Counted from the stretch's first letter, positions 8,107 through 17,933 are shown. The stretch is DNA of 50,836 nucleotides from an uncultured Solirubrobacteraceae bacterium (GCA_964588985.1 CAZPQW010000020.1:1-50836), one strand, 5' to 3'. The notes: generated by a model not told the origin, from the letters alone. A program made the numbers and translations.

Positions 8107-10293
8107 TCACTTGCCACCTCCGCGGGTAGCGAGCGTTGAGCGCGAGCCGTATCGAACGTGTGCCCTCCGCGTACACGCCGCTCGCCTGCGTAGCCTCCTA
8201 AAGCGGCGGCACGCGCGTAGCGCCTGTTCCAGCTTCTGTTTGCGGGTAGCCCCCGCACTCGTGTGCTTGACGCCGAGATTGCCAGATGCACCGAGAGCTG
8301 TCGTGACCACAGATTGGTACGACGAGGACTCGGAGGCTGGTCCTCTGCATTCTTCCCCACCGCACGGAGATCTCAATGCTTCTGGTTCCGGAAAGCCTCC
8401 GTTGACGCGAGCATCGTAAAGCCTCATACCGTTTGCGGTGTCTTCGCCCACCAGATGCTGAGTGGTAACGAAATAGACGTCTTCACCGCTGGAGCTGGCA
8501 TCGTAGAAATAGGAGTTGGTGTCGCTAGACCCACTTGAAATCAAACTCAGGTCGCCACCGTTGTATTCGTATACGTTGACCTTGCCGTTAGCAGCTCCAG
8601 CGACAAGAGCAGTCGCCGTATCAAAGAAAACCCGTCCATCATCGAGGAGTTGGCGCTGTAGATAGTTTGGGGCGCCAGACTCGCTTGTTGGCTCGGCGCG
8701 TGCGATGGCCGCTGAACCTGCCGGTGGCGCCCCGCCAGGATCGCACGAAACGCAAGTAAGTACGCTTGCGACTGCGTCGTACCGGTAGATCTCGTCGCGT
8801 TCTTCGGTCGGCACCTTGAGCGGTTCGATAGAGTTGAAGGCGAGATATCGACCGTCGGATGAAACTCGCGCGGTTAGGTAAGCCGGTATCCAATCAAAGT
8901 TATCCTGTTCCGATAGTGTCGCGATGAGCTTCACTGTCCCTGCATGAAACACATACAGATTTGGCCTGCTAGCGATCCCGCCGTCGAAAGCTGCACTGGC
9001 AACTAGATACAAATATCCACCGTCTTGACTGATACCGCTGAATCCTTGGAACCCCAGCGCACCTGCTGGAGTCAAGTCACTGAGTTCACCTGTCGCGGTG
9101 TCGTACTCATACAGATGCTGACCACTACCTTCCAGCGTGTCGGCAGTCAGCTTTGCTTCCGGCCCGTCGGTAAAGAAGATCTTTGTGTCGGACGCACTGG
9201 CGGCTACAAACGAACCGCCGCCGCCTGCGCCTTCCGCCTGAGATGCGTCGATCTGTACCGTGCATGCCCTTGCGCTTTCGAGACATTCACCTCCCAGCCC
9301 GATGACACTCTGTGGCTCGCCAACGTTCTCCCGCAGATACAGCTTGCCTTCAGTCTCAAAGATTATCCTGGTCCCGTCGGCCGATACGAGGTGAGTGTAT
9401 GGGGCGCCACCAAGTAGGTTCCCCATCGGGCTAACCGCTTCTGGCAGTGTGCCTGTGCTCGGCGTCCCGTCCGGCAGCACCGTGACAAGACTGACGTTCC
9501 CATCAACCCATGCATAGAGACTGGCGCCCGCCGGTGCGTCAGCGGTCAGTTTTGCGCCGTCTTCAAACACGACGTGACTGAAGTCTTCAGAAGCATCTTG
9601 GAAAGTGGCATCCGCCGGCGTAATTGCTGGAGGAGTTACGTCAACGAGACGATAAGAGCCCGTCAGGTCGTCCCTCAAGAAGACGTTCTGAAAGCCTTCC
9701 GGTTCGTCTTCGACCAAAGCTGGGGCATTACTCCCACAGGCGCCTCTTTCTGCACCTTGGCTCGGCCGAGCCGAATCGAACCCATCCATGAGGACACTTC
9801 TTGAAAGGTCCGCGGAGAAGAACATCGCGGGAACACAGGCGAAATATGGCCCATTGCTTGTCGATTGACGTGGCGTAACCGACTGGGTAGCCCAACCACT
9901 CGAAGTTCGAGTCGACAGATCGTAGAACCCCCCTCCGAGCGCGCTCGAAAGTGGGTTATAAGAAAACCACGTAATCCCACCCCCTGCACTGGATGCCCGT
10001 GCAGCGTGAACTTCATTTTCGGGGTCTTCTAGATACGGCGTACCGTCCAGAGGGCTGACCTGCTCATACGCGCGACAATCCGGAAGATGCGTAGCAGATT
10101 GAGCTACACGCAAGGCTTCGTTGGGGCATTCCACGGCGCGCGCGGTCTGCCCTGCTCCAAGAATGCTCGCTATGCCGCCGACAGCTACGAGCGCGAAACG
10201 CAGGCGCGCCGACCGAAAACCTCTACCGAGCCCCCAGAAACCCAACCGCTCCTCATGCTTTCGACTTATCCAGTTATACGAATCGTACGCCAC
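8107..10293 (-). CDS. Secreted beta-propeller-like (TolB/WD40-like) protein with basic Cys-containing tail
   Basis: Signal-like N-terminus; LPDCRAYEQVSP; repeated SxDGxxxxF blades; tail KQKLEQALRACRR...AAC...RYG; exact start uncertain. Confidence 0.8.
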   Translation of the reverse strand: MAYDSYNWISRKHEERLGFWGLGRGFRSARLRFALVAVGGIASILGAGQTARAVECPNEALRVAQSATHLPDCRAYEQVSPLDGTPYLEDPENEVHAARASSAGGGITWFSYNPLSSALGGGFYDLSTRTSSGWATQSVTPRQSTSNGPYFACVPAMFFSADLSRSVLMDGFDSARPSQGAERGACGSNAPALVEDEPEGFQNVFLRDDLTGSYRLVDVTPPAITPADATFQDASEDFSHVVFEDGAKLTADAPAGASLYAWVDGNVSLVTVLPDGTPSTGTLPEAVSPMGNLLGGAPYTHLVSADGTRIIFETEGKLYLRENVGEPQSVIGLGGECLESARACTVQIDASQAEGAGGGGSFVAASASDTKIFFTDGPEAKLTADTLEGSGQHLYEYDTATGELSDLTPAGALGFQGFSGISQDGGYLYLVASAAFDGGIASRPNLYVFHAGTVKLIATLSEQDNFDWIPAYLTARVSSDGRYLAFNSIEPLKVPTEERDEIYRYDAVASVLTCVSCDPGGAPPAGSAAIARAEPTSESGAPNYLQRQLLDDGRVFFDTATALVAGAANGKVNVYEYNGGDLSLISSGSSDTNSYFYDASSSGEDVYFVTTQHLVGEDTANGMRLYDARVNGGFPEPEALRSPCGGEECRGPASESSSYQSVVTTALGASGNLGVKHTSAGATRKQKLEQALRACRRFRRLRRRAACTRRAHVRYGSRSTLATRGGGK

Positions 10294-10371
10294 GCCTAGC
10301 TCCTCCCCGATGTTCGCTTATACGAACAAGCAATCCTCTCCCCGAGCGACCTCTCCTGCGACTCAGGCGAG

Positions 10372-10401
10372 ACTGTAAACCAACCTGCCGCGCTATGTCA
10401 A
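10372..10401 (-). promoter_or_regulatory. Putative sigma-70 promoter TTGACA-N18-TACAGT
   Basis: -35 at 10396-10401 and TAnnnT -10 at 10372-10377, upstream of 8107-10293. Confidence 0.55.
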
Positions 10402-10564
10402 GATCGAACTACAGCAATTATCCTAGCTATGTGGCAATGTGCGGAAAGAGTCCGATAGTTAGGGTCGTCGAACGACAGCGACGGACGGGCGCCGCGCTAG
10501 CGACATACAGGCGCCCACCCGCCGCATACATGCCTGAGTCTACTACCTTGTTACTACAGTTCGG

Positions 10565-11134
10565 CTATTTCCAACTGATGGTTCCGCCATCAAGTGACAC
10601 TAAAGCACTACCGGTGTATATACCGGTAGCGTCGTTGGTCCAATTGCACAGTGCCCCGCCCCCGTTCGATTTAATGCTTTTAACGTTCGACGAGAGTAAT
10701 ATTTCTTTGCCAGTGTTGGAGTATGAGATCGCTGTCAGTCCTGACTGCGGCAGGACGCTTACTTCGCATTTCAAACCAGCAGAAGTAATGATCACTTTGA
10801 CTGTTTTCAATATGGACACACTGCCTTCGGCGTCGAATTCATATTCTGCGTTGATTGGTTCGCTGACGGTTCCCAGAGCAGTGCTACAGTTTGTGTACGA
10901 GACCGTAGCCACTTGTTTTTTGGGTTTTAGTTCAACGACTTTGCCATGCCCTACAAGGGTCGTACAAACGACCTCGCCAGCGGGGAACTTGAATAACTGA
11001 GAGCTATGAGCTTTGGCTAACAGTAACCCTGTCGTGCTCGCTTCGAATTCATGGGCAGACGCCCCTGTCGCGACCATCGCGCTGAATGCGAGTACTGCCA
11101 CTATGGCAGCGCCTAGTATCTTTACTAATCGCAT
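10565..11134 (-). CDS. Secreted Cys-containing beta-rich protein, paralog 2
   Basis: AAAGGAG RBS; signal peptide TGASA|HEF; 4 Cys aligned with paralog 1. Confidence 0.9.
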   Translation of the reverse strand: MRLVKILGAAIVAVLAFSAMVATGASAHEFEASTTGLLLAKAHSSQLFKFPAGEVVCTTLVGHGKVVELKPKKQVATVSYTNCSTALGTVSEPINAEYEFDAEGSVSILKTVKVIITSAGLKCEVSVLPQSGLTAISYSNTGKEILLSSNVKSIKSNGGGALCNWTNDATGIYTGSALVSLDGGTISWK

Positions 11135-11270
11135 AGGAACTACTCCTTTGTTTGTTTGTGGTGGTCGACCTGCGACCCCCGCTCACCCGAGCGGGAGGTT
11201 CAACAAGTCAACGCGTTGAAAGCCGGAAGCGCTGTCCCATCTCTCTGTGGTGGCGATTCCCGGCTGTGCG

Positions 11271-11299
11271 AACTTGGCATATCTATGGATGTCTGTCAA
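11271..11299 (-). promoter_or_regulatory. Putative sigma-70 promoter TTGACA-N17-CAAGTT
   Basis: Perfect -35 at 11294-11299; homologous to 2625-2653. Confidence 0.6.
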
Positions 11300-11517
11300 G
11301 ACCTACCTCAACCAAGGCGTCCGGCCAGTTCTCGCTACGTGGTTTTCCCCAGCTATATGGCGGTATTTCGATGGAGACACGCGGGCTACGTCCCAAAGGC
11401 TGTATCCGTCTCTAGCCTTCGGAGAGGACGACTTGGCGAACCAGAAGCCTCTTCAGAAGCCTATGACTCCAAGGCTCCCGCACGTTTCGCGTCAAGTATC
11501 TTGAACTGTTCGAGAGG

Positions 11518-11591
11518 GGTGAGCGATGGGGCTCGAACCCACGACCGCCTGGACCACAACCAGGAGCTCTACCAACTGAGCTACGCCCACC
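11518..11591 (-). tRNA. trnH: tRNA-His (GTG)
   Basis: Cloverleaf G-1 GTGGGCG...CGCTCAC C; anticodon loop TTGTGGT; GGTTCGAG T-arm; CCA not fully encoded. Confidence 0.96.
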
Positions 11592-11619
11592 AAGATGCGA
11601 GACGGAAGTTTAGCGCTGT

Positions 11620-12129
11620 TCAGGACGAGCCCGCGTGCGGGGCTCCGAGCTGTCGTTCGGCCAGAGCGAGGCTCTCGCTGGGAGCGAGGCCCGGAGCGCT
11701 CGCTGCGGCTGCACGCCACCCCTCCAGCAGCGCTGATGGATCCTCTCCAAGCAGCGCCGCGATCTGCACTCCAAGCGCCAGCGGATCGCTCAACACCCCC
11801 CCACCAGGCCCCGTGTCAGGAGCCCCAGCAATAGCCGACGCCTGCTCAACCTGCTCCATAGCCCCCTTCGCCGCCGCAAGCACCTGCTCGGTCACGTCCT
11901 CGCCCTCGCGCTGCGCGGTCCGCCAGCCGCGACCCATCGAGAGCTTCTGCACCGACAGCAGCGGCCCTTCGACGATCGTGAGTTTGGCCTGGTTGCAGTT
12001 CCACTTGCGTTCGCCCAACTCCACCCACTGCTCGCGCACCCATGGATCGACCAGCGCCACCAGCTCTCCGTCGCTCAGGTTGAAGCGAGCGTGGTTGTGG
12101 GGGAACTGGCGCAGCTCGACGTGGAACAC
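11620..12129 (-). CDS. Hypothetical protein
   Basis: 169-aa ORF starting 3 bp after the methyltransferase stop; non-shadow composition (FHVELRQFPH...WVELGERKW). Confidence 0.7.
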   Translation of the reverse strand: MFHVELRQFPHNHARFNLSDGELVALVDPWVREQWVELGERKWNCNQAKLTIVEGPLLSVQKLSMGRGWRTAQREGEDVTEQVLAAAKGAMEQVEQASAIAGAPDTGPGGGVLSDPLALGVQIAALLGEDPSALLEGWRAAAASAPGLAPSESLALAERQLGAPHAGSS

Positions 12130-12132
12130 GAC

Positions 12133-12975
12133 TCACAGGCTCCCAGGTCCAAGGCGCGCACGCATGATCCGCACCGCATCGGGGTTGGAGTCGATCAGCA
12201 CGTAGCGACGCCCCAGCTTCGCCGCCACCGCGCCCAGCGTGCCGCTGCCCGCGAAGAAGTCCAGGCACCAGTCGCCCGGCCTCGTCGACGCCTGCACGAT
12301 GCGGCGCAGCACTCCCTCCGGCTTCTGCGTCGGATAGCCGGTCTTCTCGCTCCCGTTCGTCGGCACGATCGTGTGCCACCACACGTCCGTCGGGAGCTTG
12401 CCCCGCGCGACCTTCTCCGGCGTGACGAGACCCGGCGCCATGTACGGCTCGCGGTCCACCTCCTCGGAGTCGAAGTGGTAGGCCTCTGGGTCCTTCACGT
12501 ACACGAGGATCGTGTCGTGCTTCGCCGGCCAGCGGCGCTTCGTGCGCGCGCCGTAGTCATACGCCCAGATCAGCTCGTTCAGGAAGCACTCGCGCCCGAA
12601 GATCTCGTCCAGCAGCAGCTTGCAGTGGTGGGCCTCGCGGTAGTCGATGTGGAAGTACAGGGTCCCCTCGCGGCCCAGGAGCCTGTGCGCTTCTTCCAGG
12701 CGCGGCGCGAGGAACGCCAGGTAGTCGTCGAACTCATCGCCGTAGCTGGACTGCGCGAGCAGCTGCGTGCGATAGCGACGGCCCTGGAAGCCGGTGCGCT
12801 CGCCCTCCGCGTCGCCGACCGTCTGCAGCGTCTTGCGGGTCTGCTTCTTGCCGGTGTTGAACGGCGGGTCTATGTATATGAGCTGGAAGGATCCCGACGC
12901 GAACGCCGGCAGCAGCTCCGCGTTGTCCCCGAGCAGGATCTGGTCGTTCGTCAGAGCTCCGCTCGGCCTCGTCAC
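12133..12975 (-). CDS. Site-specific DNA methyltransferase (N6-A/N4-C, beta order), orphan
   Basis: ILLGDN, IYIDPPF (motif IV), YPTQKPE, LDFFAGSGT (motif I); GTG 12975 lies 7 nt after a TAGTGT -10 (leaderless start inferred). Confidence 0.92.
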   Translation of the reverse strand: MTRPSGALTNDQILLGDNAELLPAFASGSFQLIYIDPPFNTGKKQTRKTLQTVGDAEGERTGFQGRRYRTQLLAQSSYGDEFDDYLAFLAPRLEEAHRLLGREGTLYFHIDYREAHHCKLLLDEIFGRECFLNELIWAYDYGARTKRRWPAKHDTILVYVKDPEAYHFDSEEVDREPYMAPGLVTPEKVARGKLPTDVWWHTIVPTNGSEKTGYPTQKPEGVLRRIVQASTRPGDWCLDFFAGSGTLGAVAAKLGRRYVLIDSNPDAVRIMRARLGPGSL

Positions 12976-13036
12976 GCCGAACACACTACGTTTGTCCGCC
13001 GATGGAGCGTCCTCAGATGCGATCGCCGGATACAGC

Positions 13037-14620
13037 GTGGCGTTGAAGCCCGGCGGCGGCGTCGCGCTGCTCGGCGTGGCGATCGTCGCGATCGTGCTCG
13101 CCACCGCCGGATCCGCCGGCACCACACGCCACACACGTGCACCCACGCCCGTATCGGTGTGGGTCGACTCGAGCCACACGGGCACTCCCGTTCCACCAGG
13201 GTTCCTCGGCCTCTCCTTCGAGCTCTCCAGCGCCGCACAGATAGCCCACTACGGAAGCAGCGGAGACCTCGCCGCGCTCCTGCGCTCGCTCGGGCCGGGC
13301 GTGCTCCGCTTCGGCGGAGCCTCCGCCGATACCCGCGTGGCCTGGACCGACGCGCAGACACCGCGCCCCGCGTGGGCCAGCAGCGTGCTCACGCCGAATG
13401 ACCTGCGCGGACTCGCATGGCTCGCGCGGGCGACCCACTGGCACGTCCTGCTCACCGTCGGGCTCGTCCACTACGACCCCCGAGCCGCCGCGCGCGAGGT
13501 CGCCGCCGCGAAGGCCGCGCTCGGCCCGTGGCTCGCGGGGATCGAGGTCGGCAACGAGCCCGACTCCTACGCCACACACGGCTTCAGACGCAACCCGTGG
13601 GACGAAGCGAAGTACGACGCCGAGGTCAGCGGCTACCGCAGCGCGATCGCCGCCACCACGCCCGGGGTCCAGGTGGCCGGCCCGGGCGTCTCCGGTTCGA
13701 GCGCGTTCAAGCGCTGGGGACCGGCCGTCGCACTCGCGCAGAGACCGACGCTGCTCACCGGACACCACTATCCGCTCGGCTGTCGCTCCGCTTACGCACC
13801 CACCATCCCCCGCCTGCTCAGCCAGTACACGCGTGGCCTCGAGATCCGGTCGCTGCGCCGATACATGTCCCTATCCCGCTCCAGCACGATCCCGCTGCGT
13901 ATCGATGAGACGAACACCGTGTCCTGCGGCGGCAGGGCGGGCGTGAGCAACACCTTCGCCGCCGCGTTGTGGGCCGCGGGCTACATCGCCCAGACGATGG
14001 CCGCCGGCGCCGCTGGGATCAACTTCCAGGGTGCTCCCGCGACGTGCGCGGGCTACTCGCCCGTGTGCGCCCCCACCCCCGCCCGCCTGCTCGACGGTGC
14101 GCTGCAACCCCAGCCCGAGTGGTATGCGCTGCTGCTCACCAGGGGGCTCGTCGGGAGTCGGCCCGTGCACACCACCATCCTCCCGCGCAAACGGCCCAAC
14201 ATCGCCGTCACCGCGCTGCGCGGACCGCACGGCGCGCTGCGGTTCGTGCTCGTCGACGACGACCCGTCTGGCTCTAGGGCCGTGGCGCTGAGCCTGCACG
14301 TGGGTAGCGGCTACAGCGGCGCGAACGTCCTCACGCTGACCGCGCCCTCGCCGCGCGCCGTCTCCGGTGTGCGGTTGGGAGGCAGGACGGTCGCCAGCAA
14401 CGGCTCCTGGCAGCAGCCGAGCAGCCTGCCCCAGCTTCCGATTCGCAGCGGCGTGGTCGTCCTCACGTTGGAGCCCAGCAGCGCCGCGCTCGTCACCGTC
14501 ACGCCCGGACTCGGCCGGCGATCAGCTCGACCCACTCGTAGCTGCCCCCGCACAGCCTGCGCCAACGGGAAACCGCGGCGTGGCGCAGAACACCCCCGGA
14601 CGGCTCCGAAGCGGGGGTGA
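13037..14620 (+). CDS. Secreted glycoside hydrolase, GH79-like (beta-glucuronidase/heparanase clan GH-A)
   Basis: Signal peptide; FLGLSFE, LRFGG, IEVGNEPD (acid/base), IDETN (nucleophile), GVSNTFAAALW; start inferred. Confidence 0.82.
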   Translation: MALKPGGGVALLGVAIVAIVLATAGSAGTTRHTRAPTPVSVWVDSSHTGTPVPPGFLGLSFELSSAAQIAHYGSSGDLAALLRSLGPGVLRFGGASADTRVAWTDAQTPRPAWASSVLTPNDLRGLAWLARATHWHVLLTVGLVHYDPRAAAREVAAAKAALGPWLAGIEVGNEPDSYATHGFRRNPWDEAKYDAEVSGYRSAIAATTPGVQVAGPGVSGSSAFKRWGPAVALAQRPTLLTGHHYPLGCRSAYAPTIPRLLSQYTRGLEIRSLRRYMSLSRSSTIPLRIDETNTVSCGGRAGVSNTFAAALWAAGYIAQTMAAGAAGINFQGAPATCAGYSPVCAPTPARLLDGALQPQPEWYALLLTRGLVGSRPVHTTILPRKRPNIAVTALRGPHGALRFVLVDDDPSGSRAVALSLHVGSGYSGANVLTLTAPSPRAVSGVRLGGRTVASNGSWQQPSSLPQLPIRSGVVVLTLEPSSAALVTVTPGLGRRSARPTRSCPRTACANGKPRRGAEHPRTAPKRG

Positions 14621-16910
14621 GCAGGATCGCGTCGAGCACCGCCGAGCCACCGTCGCCGGGGGTCAGCTGGAACCCGCGACGGGTCACAGTCAAACGATGA
14701 ACGCCCGCCGTCAGCGATACCGAGATCGGTGGAGCGCTGCCCATCACGAGCGAGTTTCCGCCCAGCTGCCCGCCAACAGACGCGACGCGACGGCCGTCGA
14801 TGCTCAATTCGACCGTCGGCATGATCTGCCCCTTCACCCACACCTCCCAGTTGCCAGCCGTCGGAACGCGAAACGTCGCGTACAGACGTCCGGGGCGCTT
14901 CATCACGACGGCCGCGCGCTGGCGCCCCCAACCGGCGGGGAGAGCCGCGAACGGCACGTGAACGCTCACGAGCTCCGGTGAACGCGCAGCCACCAGACGA
15001 GCGGGCCGGCGGGCCGCTCTCGCGAGGCGTCTGATCTGCCGGCACTGGGCCCTGGAGGTGCCGTGGAGCAGGACGTGCGCGAGCGCAGGCCCGGCACCCG
15101 GCATGCGGCGCCACACCTGGTAGTAGGAGCGCTGCCACACCAGCCGGTACGCAGCCGGCGGCCTGGTCGCGGCCGGGTCGCGGCGAGTGACTATCAACGG
15201 GTAGGAGCGCAGCGCCGCCGGCGACACGCGAGCGAGGTCCACCGGGTCGCCGTAGCCGCCGGCCGCCGCGGCGAGCGCAGCCGGCGGATACACGAAGTCG
15301 GGGCCTCCCTCGTCGAGGTTGCGCAGCTCATACATGGACCATTCGTCGAAGTCCGTGAACAGAGTCGGCCCCTGTCCGGCGAAACGCTTTCCCAGCGATG
15401 CGAGCTCTTCGTAGCGAGCCGTCGGCGCGAGGTTCGCCACGTGGTACTGCATCGCGTCTGAGGCGATCTCCCCACCGAGGAGCGTCAGCGCGAGCAGTGA
15501 CGCGGAGGAAACCGCCACCCACCGCCGCGGCAGCGCTCTCAACGCGACCACCCCACCCCACGCCAGCAACACCACCACCGGCGAGGTGAGCATCAGCGTC
15601 TTCGCCGCGCCCCACGTCGTAACCAGCTGCGTCACCACCAGCCACGCGAGCAGCATCAGCGCAAGCCAGCCCGCCAGCGCGTGCGTGCGGCGACGCAGCA
15701 CGTGTACCGCGCCGACCACCGCGGCGAGCAATGCAACCGCGACGAGCGCGTGCGTGACGTCGAGCGCCGCGCCGGTCGGCTCGAGCTTGTAGCTGCCCCC
15801 AAGCCACACGCCGAACACCTGGATCGCTCGCAGCGGCGAATGCAGGTTGCCGGGGTTGGCGGTCGCGGCGATGTTCTGGGCGACGTTCAACGATCCCGAC
15901 AGATCACTCCACGTTGGCCATGCCGCGAGGAGCAGCGTCGCCGCGGCGCAACACGTCAACACGACTGTCGGGCGAACGAGATCCCGATGCGCGCGCAGAT
16001 CCCGCGTGAGCACAGCCGCGAGCACGAGCGTCGCAACGAGCCCCCACGCACCGAACGCCGTCCCCAGCGCCGAGACCCCGCCGGCGAGCACAAGCGCAAA
16101 CGGGACCGCCCGGGTGGGCGGCCCGCGCAGCCAGTCGCGATGCACCACGACCAGGCAGCCGAGCGTGAGGATCAGCGGCATCGCCGCGACCTCCTTCACC
16201 GACCCGAGCAGCTCATACGCGTACACGAGCGCCGGCACCACCACGCTCAGTGCCGCCAGCGCCGCCCACGCGCCCTCCAGCCCCAGCCGACGCGCGAGCA
16301 GCCACGCCGGCCCCACGGCGATCGCGAGCAGCGACGCGTTGAACGGCTGGAACGCCCAGATCAGCGGCAGGCGCAGCAGCGCCGCGCTGCCGCCGAACAG
16401 CGTGTCCGCGCCCGAGGGGTAGCCCGTGCCGTAGTAGGCGTGGATGAACTGCCCGTAGGAGTTGCGCAGATCGAGGTGCGCGTAGTCCTGACCGTGACGG
16501 ACCAGGTAGTCCGCGCCGATCAGGTGCACCGCGGAGTCCGCCAGGGCCATATATGAAGAGAAGCTCGGCCGCCCCGCGAGGAGCACCGGAGCGAGCGCGA
16601 GCGCGTACGCGAGCAGCGCCGCTGCCACCGCCGGCGCGTGCGCGTGTACACGCGCCAACAGCTCCCGTGCTCTCGTTCGTCCCAGCCAATAGCCGGCGAG
16701 CGCGACGGCCAGCATCAGGTACGGCGTCGCGGGGGCCAGCCAGTGCACGTACGTCGTCAGCTGCGACAGCGAGATCAACGCGGCCGTACCGACGCTCAAC
16801 ATCAGCGCGACGGGGAGGAACCCGCCGCTCGCGCGATCGACCAGCAGCCCCGCGCCCAAGCACAGCACCACGAGCACGCACGGGTACAGCAGCGCCGTGG
16901 CCAAGAACAT
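14499..16910 (-). CDS. Large multi-pass membrane protein, possibly a GT-C fold glycosyltransferase
   Basis: Many hydrophobic segments, loop motifs DSAVH and YPSG, soluble C-terminal part; function is inference. Confidence 0.7.
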   Translation of the reverse strand: MFLATALLYPCVLVVLCLGAGLLVDRASGGFLPVALMLSVGTAALISLSQLTTYVHWLAPATPYLMLAVALAGYWLGRTRARELLARVHAHAPAVAAALLAYALALAPVLLAGRPSFSSYMALADSAVHLIGADYLVRHGQDYAHLDLRNSYGQFIHAYYGTGYPSGADTLFGGSAALLRLPLIWAFQPFNASLLAIAVGPAWLLARRLGLEGAWAALAALSVVVPALVYAYELLGSVKEVAAMPLILTLGCLVVVHRDWLRGPPTRAVPFALVLAGGVSALGTAFGAWGLVATLVLAAVLTRDLRAHRDLVRPTVVLTCCAAATLLLAAWPTWSDLSGSLNVAQNIAATANPGNLHSPLRAIQVFGVWLGGSYKLEPTGAALDVTHALVAVALLAAVVGAVHVLRRRTHALAGWLALMLLAWLVVTQLVTTWGAAKTLMLTSPVVVLLAWGGVVALRALPRRWVAVSSASLLALTLLGGEIASDAMQYHVANLAPTARYEELASLGKRFAGQGPTLFTDFDEWSMYELRNLDEGGPDFVYPPAALAAAAGGYGDPVDLARVSPAALRSYPLIVTRRDPAATRPPAAYRLVWQRSYYQVWRRMPGAGPALAHVLLHGTSRAQCRQIRRLARAARRPARLVAARSPELVSVHVPFAALPAGWGRQRAAVVMKRPGRLYATFRVPTAGNWEVWVKGQIMPTVELSIDGRRVASVGGQLGGNSLVMGSAPPISVSLTAGVHRLTVTRRGFQLTPGDGGSAVLDAILLTPASEPSGGVLRHAAVSRWRRLCGGSYEWVELIAGRVRA

Positions 16911-16935
16911 CAGAGGAGCACCGATCGCCGCAAAG

Positions 16936-17009
16936 TGCCCCGGGCTGGATTCGAACCAGCGACCTGCGGATTAGAAGTCCGCTGCTCTATCCAGCTGAGC
17001 TACCGGGGC
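16936..17009 (-). tRNA. trnR: tRNA-Arg (TCT)
   Basis: GCCCCGGTAGCTCAGCTGGATAGAGC...CTTCTAA...GGTTCGAATCC...CCGGGGCA. Confidence 0.96.
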
Positions 17010-17099
17010 AGAGCCAGGCCTCCGTCTGTGTGGCTCTCGGAGACCCCTCGAAACAATACTTAGGCACCGTTGAGCAGAAATCTGTAAAAGTTCCCACCC

Positions 17100-17933
17100 A
17101 TGAGCCCAGTTGAGAGCGACGAAGAGGATCTGACCCGCAAGCAGCGTCGCGAGCAGGCGCGCGACCAGCGCCGAGCGTTGGAGGAGGCCGAGGCGGCGAG
17201 TGCGGCACGCCGAACCAGGCTGACCCAGCTCGCGAGCGTCGTGGTGGTGGTCGTGGTCGCGATCGTCGTCATCCTGGTCGCGACGGGCGGCGGCAGCAGT
17301 GCCAAGAAAGTCGCTCCCGGGAGCAAAGCCGCTGGCGAAACCGAAAAGGTCGTGACCGCGCTCGTCGCAGGCATCCCCCAGAGCGGGAACACCCTGGGCA
17401 ATCCCACAGCGCCAGTGACGATGCAGTACTTCGGCGACCTGGAGTGCCCGATCTGCAAGGACTTCACGTTGGGGGCCCTGCCGACGGTGATCAAGAAGTT
17501 CGTGCGCACGGGCAAGCTGCGGATCGAATATCGCTCGCTGGAAACAGCCACGGGCCCCGAACGGGAAGTGTTCAGATCCCAGCAGGTGGCCGCGCTGGCC
17601 GCGGGCAAGCAGGACAAGGGTTGGAACTTCATCGAGACCTTCTACCACGAGCAGGGCGAAGAGAAAACCGGCTACGTCACCGAAAGCTACCTCCAGGGCA
17701 TTGCCAAACAGATTCCCGGGCTGAACCTCGGCACGTGGACCGCCGACCGCAACGACACGACGCTCGTCAAGCAGATCGAAGCGGACGGCGAAGCGGCCGC
17801 CAACGCCGGCTTCAACGGCACCCCGTCGTTCCTGATCGGCAAGTCCGGCGGCGCGATGACCAAGTACGAATACTCATCGCTCACCGACCCCACCGGGTTC
17901 AACGAAGCGATCGAAAAGCTGCTCAAGGCATAG
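17100..17933 (+). CDS. dsbA: Membrane-anchored DsbA-family thiol-disulfide oxidoreductase
   Basis: N-terminal TM helix, LGNPTAPVT, DLECPIC (CxxC), GTPSF cis-Pro loop. Confidence 0.9.
   Translation: MSPVESDEEDLTRKQRREQARDQRRALEEAEAASAARRTRLTQLASVVVVVVVAIVVILVATGGGSSAKKVAPGSKAAGETEKVVTALVAGIPQSGNTLGNPTAPVTMQYFGDLECPICKDFTLGALPTVIKKFVRTGKLRIEYRSLETATGPEREVFRSQQVAALAAGKQDKGWNFIETFYHEQGEEKTGYVTESYLQGIAKQIPGLNLGTWTADRNDTTLVKQIEADGEAAANAGFNGTPSFLIGKSGGAMTKYEYSSLTDPTGFNEAIEKLLKA

Noticed and set aside
3324-11517. Classical island integrated at tRNA-His
   Set aside because: I found no duplicated tRNA-His 3' end near 1880-1930, 2700-2880 or 3330-3500, and no integrase; only the composition shift supports foreign origin
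12794-13185. Long N-terminal extensions making the methyltransferase and GH79 ORFs overlap head-to-head
   Set aside because: Each extension is the antisense shadow of the other gene; family motifs and the signal peptide begin at about 12975 and 13037
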